Source of the DNA: Octopus vulgaris
Lineage: Eukaryota
Length of the DNA: 64,000 nucleotides
Direction of reading: 5' to 3'
NCBI GenBank assembly: GCA_951406725.2
Contig: OX597825.1
Location: 20,956,001-21,020,000 of the forward strand
Under the pieces are notes generated by a model. The model did not search any database. It saw only the letters and a list, made by a program, of their open reading frames with translations, and was not told where the DNA came from. Shown piece after piece: positions 53,925 through 64,000 of the stretch; the stretch's first letter is position 1; each line of letters begins with the position of its first letter. The translations under genes and the position numbers were made by a program.

Positions 53925-54695
53925 AGCTGAGACATCCTTGTCTTGTAAGCCACTTGGCGATCCTGTAGGCACTGACATGTAATAAGCATCTGTATTGGCG
54001 CCACTTAATAAGCACCTCTGCTGGTGTCCTGTAATAAGCACCTATGCTGGCAACATATAAGCAGCAGCTAGAGCATTCTGTAAAGTGCTTAGTGTTAGGA
54101 AGGTCATCAAACTGTAGAAACTGTACCAAAACTGGGGATGACCTGGTGCAGTCCTCTGTCAAACTGTCCGACCCATGCCAGCATAGAAAATAGACATTAA
54201 AACTCCACATAGTAAAGTAGATCATATGGAAAAAGCGGCCAGAGATCTCTTATGTTGTGGGTGAGATCTGATGGAAACATCAGCTAAATTTCCCTAAAAA
54301 CTACACCCTACTGTTTAAGAATGTTTGTATATATATATGTGTGTATATATACTCTTTTACTTGTTTCAGTCATTTGACTGTGGCCATGCTGGAGCACCAC
54401 CTTTAGTCGAGCAAATCGACCTCAGGACATATTCTTTGTAAGCCTAGTACTTATTCTATTGGTCTCTTTTGCCAAACCGCTAAGTTACAGGGACGTAAAC
54501 ACATCAGCATCGGTTGCTAAGCGATGTTGGGGAGACAAACACAGAAACATACACACACACATATATATATGTATTATTCAAAGAAATTCCAACTCTGTTT
54601 TTGATGTTTTTAATTTATATTCTTTATAATATTAATGTAGAATATAGAATATATAGTATAGTAAAATGACAATTGAAACACTCCTGTCACAACCT

Positions 54696-54739
54696 GGGAC
54701 CTTGACGATTGCTTTAATACAAGAAAGTATACTAGTCCT
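54696..54739 (+). ncRNA. hammerhead-like motif with an extra U in the core
   Basis: GGGAC-CTTGACGA-TTG ctttaata CAA-GAAAG TATA CTA-GTCCT; palindromic stem III AGTATACT. Confidence 0.5.
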
Positions 54740-54918
54740 TTAATATTTTGTATTTAATATTTCATTTATTCAATAAGACAATCAATACTTCATTTCATTT
54801 TACTATTTATACTATATATTCTATATTCTACATTAATATTATAAAGAATATAAATAAAACATAAGTTGGAATTCCTTTGAATAATATATATCCCTCTATA
54901 CATAATCATACAAACCCC

Positions 54919-54964
<46 letters not shown>

Positions 54965-55835
54965 GTTGGCGTTAAGAAGGGCATCCAGCCGTAGAAACAC
55001 TGCCAAATCTGACTGGGCCTGATGAAGCCTTCCGGCTTCACAGACCCCAGTTAAACCGTCCAACCCATGCTAGCATGGAAAACGGACGCTAAATGATGAT
55101 GATGATATACACATATACATATATACGACGGGCTTCTTTCAGTTTCCGGCTACCAAATCCACTTACAAGGCTGACTGATATCACCAAGATGGTGTAACCT
55201 CTTTGAGAGATAACTAAGCCTGAAGGAAAAAAGCTGTCAAATCTCTTCGAAACCACATTATACGGTCTTAAATGTCAGTCGGTGTGAGTGTGTGTATGTA
55301 TGTTCCAGTATCTGTGTTTGTTTGCACCAATATCTGTGTGTGCTGAAGCGTAGAATGTTGGCATATCATGTAACATTTCCAGAATACCTGATAACCATTC
55401 TGAATTTCGTTTTATTTGAGATAGGATCTAATTTTCTCAACTGTATTGGGACTGATTTATCTTTTTGGGTTTTTATGTGAATGCCTGTATCATAGAGAAT
55501 TTCTTTGGTTTTCTGCTAATCTTGAAGGGCTGGCTAACATCATGGAAAGATTCTTACTCCTTTGGATTATAGAACCAAAATGTGCTTTCTGTTGAGGATT
55601 TATAAATTGGTTTCAAATTTTGGTACAAGGCCAGCAATTTTGGGGAAGGGTTAGGTCAACTGGTCCTTATTGACCCCGAAAGAACAGAAGGCAAAGTGAA
55701 CTTCATCAGAATTTGAACTCGGAGCATAAAGATTCACAAAAGGCTGCTAAGCATTTTGCTTAGAATGCTAATGTTTCTGCCAACTTGCTGCCTTTGAAGG
55801 TTTATATGTGTTCTATGCAGTTTTACTTAGTTAGT

Positions 55836-56050
55836 GGAGGTGCATGGCTTAGTGGTTAGGGTGTCAGCACCATGATCGTAAGATTGTGGTTTTGATTCCT
55901 GGACCAGGCAATGCGTTGTGTTTTTGAGCAAAACACTTCATTTCACGTTGCTCCAGTCCACTCAGCTGGCAAAAATGAGTAACACTGTGATGGACTGGCA
56001 TCCCGTCCACCTGGGGAACCGGACCCTTGTTCCTGGCTAGGCTTTAAAAA
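55836..56050 (+). mobile_element. tRNA-derived SINE family D; inverted copy at ~51510-51755
   Basis: GGAGGTGCATGGCTTAGTGGTTAG head and GATGGACTGGCATCCCGTCCA core. Confidence 0.75.
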
Positions 56051-57251
56051 GGGCTCATTTATTTTTATTTTTACTTAGTTAAGCTGGCCTTATGCTTAGT
56101 GCAACAAAATTATGGTAGTTAACCCATTAGCGCCCATGGTCCTTTTTTTTTGGACCAGAAGGATAATCCATCATATTTCTGCAATGCCTGTATTTTTCTT
56201 AGATATCTTTAGTTAGTCATTAAGATTCGAGTGTCTTTCAAATATTTTAACGAAAATGTTTTTTTTATATATTTAGTATCATAAAGTTGTATAAAAAAAG
56301 ATTTTTGGTAATAAATCAAATAAAAAACATTGGGGCACTAATTGGTTAAGACAATCCCTCATCTCCCTTCTACTTCTAAAAGCTATGTGAAGGTCATGGA
56401 TTCTAGCTTCCTGCCTCACTAAAAGATAGGAAATAGTGCTTCTCAACATGGCAGATAAATAGCAGGGTGGGGTGTGAAGAGGCTGGTTGGCATAGCTGTA
56501 GTTTGATGGTTTCCTTACTTACAATTTATTTCCTCAGAAATCTTTGAAAAAATGAAAAGCATATTTCATGTTGCCAAGGGTGTCGATGGCAATTAGATTT
56601 TATCTTTTACTTGTTTCACTCATTAGACTCTGGTCATGCTTTTCATTCTTGGGCGCCATCTGAAAGGGTTTTAGTCAAGCAATTTGACCCAAATACTTCT
56701 TTTTCTAAATGTGGTACTTAGGCTTAGAGTATATGTATATGTGTACATGTATATATATGTATATGAATGTATGTGTGTGTATATGTATGTATGTGTGTAT
56801 ACATGTATATATGTATGTGTGTATATATATGTTTGTGTGTATATGTATATGCATGTGTATATATATATATATATGTACATATACTTATGTATGTTTATAT
56901 GTTTGTGTGTGTATATATGTGTGTATTTATATATGTAAATATCGTGCCGGTGGCACGTAAAAACCACCATCTGATTGTGGCCGTTTGCCAGCCTTGTCTG
57001 GCACGTAAAAAGCACCCACTACACTCACGGAGTGGTTGGCGTCAGGTAGGGCATCCAGCTGTAGAAACACTGCCAGATCAGACTGGGCCTGGTGCAGCCT
57101 TCTGGCTTCCCAGACCCCAGTTGAACCGTTAAAGGACGTTAGACGATGATGATGATGTGTGTGTTTATGTATACATGTGTTTGTGTATATATATGTATAT
57201 ATAAGTGTGTGTGTATATATATATGTATATATTTGTGTTTTTATATGTATG

Positions 57252-57320
<69 letters not shown>

Positions 57321-58119
57321 GTGTGCGTGTGTCTTTGTGTTTATGTTATCCCTCACCCCATTCACCATTTGATAACCAGTGTTAGTGTGTTTATGTCCCC
57401 GTATCCTAGCAGATCAGCAAAAGAGACTGGCAGACTAAAAAAAAAGTATGACCATATTTATAGACATATATTTATACAATTGGATTCTCTCAGTTTCCCT
57501 GTACCGAATCCACTAGCAACGCTTTTTTCAATCTGGGTCTACAGTAGGAGACACTTGGGCAAGGTACCATCCTGTGGAATTGAACCTGAAACTCTGTGGT
57601 TGGGAAGCAAACTTCTCAACATTCAGCAATACCTCCAGATAACAGTTGAAGTAATTAAACAAATAATATATTAATTAATATGTGGACACACGCACAGATG
57701 CGACGTAAAAACCTTGCCAAAACTGACCATGTCTTGTGTCACAAAAAGAGCACTAAGTCCACTCTGCAGGGTGGTTGGTGTTAGGAAGGGCATCCAGCTG
57801 TAAAAATCTTGCAGAAAGCAGTTAGAGAAGTCTGGTGCAGGCTTCTGCTTGGCCGGCTCATGTCAAAGCATCCCACCCATACCAGCATAGACGGCGGATG
57901 TTAAATGATGATGAATGATACACATACACACGCACAAAGACTTTTTTTACACAATGACAAAACGATTTATTGGAGCCACAAACAAACAAAGCATGTTTAG
58001 TATTTTAAGTGGGACAATGACACAATAAAAAAAAAGAGACATGAAGTTTTTATGTCACCATTTTTTCTGAGATTTGTTTAGACAAGCTTCAAGGATTTAC
58101 TGTTGTTAAAAAATAGAAT

Positions 58120-59229
58120 TGATATTATTGCTAGAATAAGAATAGCCTGGGCAAAGTTCAGAGACCTTTTGCCTCTGCTAGTGACAAAGGGCCTCTCGCT
58201 CAGAGTAAAAGGTAGACTGTATGACGCATGTGTACGAACAGCCATGTTACATGGCAGTGAAACATGGGCCATGACTGCTGAGGATATGCGTAAGCTTGCA
58301 AGGAATGAAGCCAGTATGCTCTGTTGGATGTGTAATGTCAGTGTGCATACTTGACAGAGTGTAAGTGCCTTGAGAGAAAAGTTGGACCTAAGAAGCATCA
58401 GATGTGGTGTGCAAGAGAGATGACTGTGCTGGTATGGCTATGTGGCGAGAATGGATGTGGATAGCTGTGTGAAAAAGTGCCACACCCTAGCGATTGAGGG
58501 AATTTGTGGATGAGGTAGACCAGGAAGGTCTGGGATGAGGTGGTGAAGCATGACCTTCGAACATTGGGTCTCACCAAGGCAATGACTAGTGACTGGCACC
58601 TTTGGAAATATGCAGTGCTTGAGAAGACTCGGTAAGCTCAAGTGAGACCATAACATTGTGGCCTATGCCAGGGTGTGTAACCAGCCCACTTATGCATACC
58701 TTTCCTTTATTGGACACTAAACTCTGCTTGTGAAGACCTGTTGAGGCAAGTGAAATCGAAATCAAATTTGATGACTGGCATCCGTACTAGTGGAGCGCTA
58801 AGAGCACCATACAAGCATGATTGTTGCCAGAGCAACAAACTGGCCTCCATGCTGGTGGCACGTAAAAAACACCATTTGAGCGTGATTGTTACCTGCGTCG
58901 CCTTACTGACACTTGTACTGATGGCATGTGAAAAAACATTTGAGTGAGGTCGTTGCCAGTGCCACTGGAATGGCACCTGTGCAGGTGGCACATAAAAAGC
59001 ACCATTTGAACATGGCCATTGCCAGTACCGCCTGACTGGCCCTCGTGCTGGTGGCACGTAAAAGCACCCACTACACTCTCGGAGTGGTTGGCGTTAGGAA
59101 GGGTATCCAGCTGTAGAAACTCTGCCAGATCAGATTGGAGCCTGGTGCAGCCATCTGTTTCACCAGGCCTCAGTTAAATCGTCTGACCCTTGCTAGCATG
59201 GAAAGCGGATGTTAAACGATGATGATGAT
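58120..59229 (+). mobile_element. 5'-truncated RTE-clade LINE (RT C-terminus, 3' UTR and (GAT)n tail)
   Basis: IIARIRIAWAKFRDLLPLLVTKGLSLRVKGRLYDACVRTAMLHGSETW with downstream stops; runs into the AAGGGCATCCAGCTGTAGAAAC-type UTR shared by many short copies. Confidence 0.9.
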
Positions 59230-59887
59230 AATTATATTAAAATTCACTGACATAAATTGCTTCACTGTTATTAGAAATGTAGAACGATATTAATCTCATT
59301 ATCTTCATCATTTAACATCTGCTTTTCCATGCTTGTGTGGGTCAGATGGAATGTGTTAAGGCAGATTTTCTATGGTTGGATGCCTTTCCTATTGACAAAC
59401 CTTCAACTGTTTCCAAGCAAGGTAATATTTTCCCATGGTTAAACATGGTTTTTTCATGGAAGAAATGATGTAAATATGATGATGTTGCATATTTGCATAC
59501 CATTGCACAATGTCTAGAAAAGAGCACACTCAAGTAGAAGTGCATACACATCCATACATTTATATATATATAGATATATATATATATATGTGTGACTTGG
59601 TAACCCTGCCAGTACTGGTGCCATGTAAAAAACATCCAGTCCACATTGTAAAGTGGTTGGTATTTGGAAGTGTATCCATCTATAGAAACCATGCCAAAAC
59701 ACTGACCTCACTTGTGTTGGTGCCATGTAAAAAGTACTCAATCGACTCTACAAGGTGATTGGTATTAAGGGCATCCAGCCATCAAAAACCATGCCAAAAC
59801 AGACACTGAAACCTTGTAGTCTTCTTCTGAGCAAGCTCCTGTCAAACTGCCCAACCCATGCCAACTTAGAAAGTGGACATTAAATGA

Positions 59888-59920
<33 letters not shown>

Positions 59921-59987
59921 GAATTTTTTGCGTAATAAGATAAAAAAACCAAGGCTGTATAGATATTAGAACATTTATAGATAGAAG

Positions 59988-60039
59988 GCCTTACAGCTGT
60001 TTCTAGGATATTTATTAATAATATCCCTTCATCAAAGAC
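59988..60039 (-). ncRNA. hammerhead motif (Penelope-like), C3U variant
   Basis: GTCT-tTGATGA-AG GGATATT attaata AATATCC TA-GAAAC AGCT GTA-AGGC; palindromic stem III ACAGCTGT. Confidence 0.6.
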
Positions 60040-60351
60040 GGTGTGAGAGGATAGTTAAGTCATAGTTAGTTTAGATGTGATACAAAATAGAGAGTGAGGT
60101 GGAGGAAAGAAAATAGATGTAAGACATGTATGGGTGTTGAAGTTGTAAATCCATTTTATAGGCATAATGGTATATATGCAATATTCCAATATCCTATGAG
60201 TAAAGTCCAAAAGTCCAACAGAGTTTAATATGAGTCCTTCCAAATATAGAGTTTATAAGCAATGTAAGATTCCCTTATGAGTGAGATCCAGCAGATTTTT
60301 AAACTTGGTCATTCCCAGTAGAGAATATATATATATATACACACACCCACA

Positions 60352-60850
60352 CAGGGTGGGGTGAATAAATTGTCATCTAAATTACGCAAAAATGGAAATG
60401 CCACTGACATCTCATTTTAACATACATTTACCAAAATTACATAATATCTTGAAATACTAAAGAGTAAATTTATTCATTAAAATCGCCATTGGCGTTAATC
60501 TTGGCCTCCAGACGACTTCAGAATCCCCTGCAACTGTTCTAGATGGTCTCGTTGTTTAAGTTGGTAAATGCTGCCATAATCCTTGCCTTCAGTTCATCTT
60601 TGGTGTTACAAGGAGTTTTATTGGTGTCTCGCTCAACTGCGCCCCACACATAATAATTAAGGGAGTTGCAGTCTGGGGAGTCAAGTGCCAGATGTTAAGG
60701 GTGATGTGGTTGCAGAAATTGTCTGACAACCATGACTGGGTTCTCCTGCTTTTGTGGCATGGTGCAGAGTTTTGTTGCCAGGCATAGGGTCTTCCAGCAG
60801 CCACCCTTTTGAATGGAGGCATCATAACGTTGCCATCACTAGTAAACAAG
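60352..60850 (-). mobile_element. Tc1/mariner-superfamily transposase relic (DDD-type C-terminus) with one TIR
   Basis: WQQNSAPCHKSRRTQSWL followed, after a frameshift, by SPDCNSLNYYVWGAVE; CAGGGTG terminus at ~60352. Confidence 0.85.
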
Positions 60851-61149
60851 TGCCACTAAGAAACTATAAATATCATGTAGGGAGTAACAATAATAACTTC
60901 TTAAACCTATAATATAACCCTTAGTTTTTTTTAAAAAAGATTATCTTTTACTCTTTTACTTGTTTCGGTCATTTGACTGCAGCCATGCTCGAGCACTACC
61001 TTTAGTCGAGCAAATTGACCCCAGGACTTATTCTTTGTAAGCCTAGTACTTATTCTATTGGTCTCTTTTGCTGAACCGCTAAGTTACGGGGACACAAACA
61101 CACCAGCATCGGTTGTCAAGCAATGCTAGGGGAACAAACACAGACACAC

Positions 61150-61195
<46 letters not shown>

Positions 61196-61374
61196 TCTTT
61201 TACTTGTTTCAGTTATTTGACTGTGGCCATGCTGGAGCACCACCTTTCGTCGAACAAATCGACCCCAGGACTTATTCTATCGGCCTCTTTGCCGACCCAC
61301 TAAGTTACGGGAGCGTAAACACACCAGCATCAGTTGTCAAACGATGTTGGGGGGACAGACACAGACACACAAAT

Positions 61375-61438
<64 letters not shown>

Positions 61439-62216
61439 GACAGGCTTCTTTCAGTTTCCGTCTACCAAATCCACTCATAGCCTGAGGCTATAGTAGAAGA
61501 CACTTGCCCATGGTGCACACAGGGGACTGAACCCGGAACCATGTGGTTGGTAAGCAAGCTACCCATAACTTAAATATTCCTTTAGCTGATACCGGACATC
61601 AGTCTTTTATTGATATTAGCTAAATAAGTAAATATATAATTTTTAGTCTAATATATTTTGAATTATACTTTTTCTAAAAATCTTCTCTATCGGTATTAAT
61701 AAGCTACATATTCTTCACCATAGTATTAGTAATTGAGCTATTTTATTTCCTTTTCTATGGTGTTCTGCCCTACTTGATTATTTTATTTTATTTCTTTATT
61801 ATTTTATAATTAGCCTTTATTTATTTATAAAATTAATCGAATTTTTGTATCTATATAAGTTCATAATTAGCTTCTATAAAACTATACTGGTATATTCACT
61901 ACTTATAAAAAAAATACTGTCTAGATTATAATTTTATTAATATATAATTAGCTTGCTCCTTTACATCAATACTCTTTATTAATACCAGTATATACCATTT
62001 AATCAATATTCACAGATACCATCTGGTGAGCTAATATTTAAATGTAGAATATGTATAAATATTAAACTATTTCTGAATAATTTCTTTTCCTCCGTCTATT
62101 GTGGTAAAAGTTTGGTATATACTCAAAAGTATTCATAAATTTCTATCTTTTTGTTATAATATTCTTCTTTAAAATCCTCTGAATAACCCTAAACTTTAAC
62201 TGTATACAATATAGCA

Positions 62217-62602
62217 GGAGGTGCAATGGCCCAGTGGTTAGGGCAGCGGGCTCGTGGTCGTAGGATCGCAGTTTCGACTCCCAGACCGGGCGTTGTGAGT
62301 GTTTATTGAGCGAAAACACCTAAAGCTCCACAAGGCTCCGGCAGGGATGGTGGTGATCCCTGCTGTACTCTTTCACCACAACTTTCTCTCACTCTTACTT
62401 CCTGTTTCTGTTGTACCTGTATTTCAAAGGGCCGGCCTTGTCACTCTCTGTGTCACGCTGAATCTCCCCGAGAACTACGTTAAGTGTACACGTGTCTGTG
62501 GAGTGCTCAGCTACTTGCACATTAATTTCACGAGCAGGTTGTTCCTTTGATCGGATCAACTGGAACCCTCGTTGTCGTAACCGACGGAGTGCTTCCAACA
62601 AC
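62217..62602 (+). mobile_element. tRNA-derived SINE family C (tail type 2); inverted copy at 42591-42975
   Basis: Same head as 10970 but a different 3' tail ending GACGGAGTGCTTCCAA. Confidence 0.85.
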
Positions 62603-63204
62603 AATATAGCAACATTGTTTAAAATATTTAACTATTGTACTACATGATAAGACTTCCCCTGTTTCATTATCAATGGTCTGCTAGTGGGCAACCCCCTTAA
62701 TTGTCAGCTAACATCTTGTTTTAAGTTTTCCTTTACCAAACCTCATGATATTGCTTCTAATAAATCTTGATTTTTATGACAATACCAACTATGATGTCTG
62801 TCTGCTCCCTCAGCCCTACCCCTAACAGATGCTGCCCTCTGTTCTCTCAGCCTTAGATATACAAGGGTTTTGATAAACTAGTCTATAAATTAAAACTGAA
62901 CCCATAAAAACAAACAAACAAAAAAACCACCTGTCAGGCAGTCTATAACAATGTATATCTTCTTGAAAAGCTTAGTAACTTCTATGCTGGAGTACGAACA
63001 GCATGTTCTTTGTCTATTGGTGATTTTAGGTATAATTATACTAACGTGTCCATCTGTTCTAATTTAATTAAATTCTGTGTCTTTGTGCAGCTGAGGATTG
63101 CTCTGCATTTTAAATTGATGTAATGACTGCATTGTTCAATTAAATGGAATTGCATGAAATAATTGTACTGTATTGCCTCTGGATATCCTTGTTGCTTAAT
63201 TTGA

Positions 63205-63663
63205 CATATATATGTATGTATATATGTATATATATGTGTGTGTGTGTGTATGTATGTATGTATATATGTATATATATATGTGTATATATATATATGTATG
63301 TATTTGTATGTATATATATGTATGCATATGTGTTTGTATGTATGCATATATGTATGTGTACATGTATGTATATATATATATATGTATGTGTTTATGTATG
63401 TATGCATTTATGTATATATATGTATGTGTATATGTATGTGTGTGTATGTGTATATGTATGCATATATGTATGTATGCGTGTATGTATGTATGTATATATG
63501 TATGTGTATGCATATATGTATGTATGTGTATATGTATGTATGCATATATGTATGTATGTATGTGTATATGTATGTATATATATATATATGTGTATGTGTG
63601 TATATATATATATTTGTATGAATGTATGTATTTATGTATGTACATGTATATATGTATGTATAT
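63205..63663. repeat. (TATG)n/(TA)n microsatellite complex
   Basis: Read directly from the sequence. Confidence 0.95.
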
Positions 63664-64000
63664 CTCTTAGTTTATGTAACTTCTCTCCCCCTCCCCCCAA
63701 CAGGGAAATGCACCGATATCAAAAGTTTATTGTGTCCTGGACTTGAAACAAACAACAACATTCACTTTTCAATTGCTACCAGCATGAAGATTTGGCTGAT
63801 TTAACACCACTCACAATACTAGCATATATACACACACATATATATATATATATATCTGAAAAAGAGTATTATTCTGTTTATTATGACAAAATTCAGAAAC
63901 TTGGCAAAGTAGAATGCCTCGGCGGCTCTCTCAGTGTAATTGCAGAAATGTTATTCCCCTCCTATCTAGTTTCCAGATAATATTTTTATAACAGTCCTTG

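Noticed and set aside
63792-63980. ORF containing LGKVECL, resembling the ANKRD10 FGKLECL junction
   Set aside because: No AG acceptor in phase before VECL and no downstream TPAH-type ankyrin motif; likely coincidence.

Overview
AT-rich, microsatellite- and repeat-dense eukaryotic DNA. The SINE and LINE families look like those of an octopus (cephalopod), which is my inference from memory. Two head-to-head genes are present. The first is MORF4L1/MRG15 on the minus strand, with 11 coding exons from 39567 down to 16, all with GT-AG sites and consistent phases; its last exon lies left of the window. The second is ANKRD10, of which only the first coding exon is visible (plus strand, 45317-45553). 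Nearly all other ORF-track entries are microsatellite or repeat noise. The introns hold tRNA-derived SINEs, RTE, CR1/L2 and Dong/R4 LINE fragments, a Tc1/mariner relic, MITEs and non-autonomous Helitrons. The most notable signal is a set of five mutually unrelated hammerhead-ribozyme motifs, four of them in fold-back (inverted-arm) Penelope-like insertions. One of these elements has a tRNA-like Pol III head and a target-site duplication. Also notable are a candidate in-frame 30-nt MRG15 micro-exon and very long intronic palindromes containing TTAGGG. All calls were made by eye. Repeat boundaries are approximate and no searches were run.
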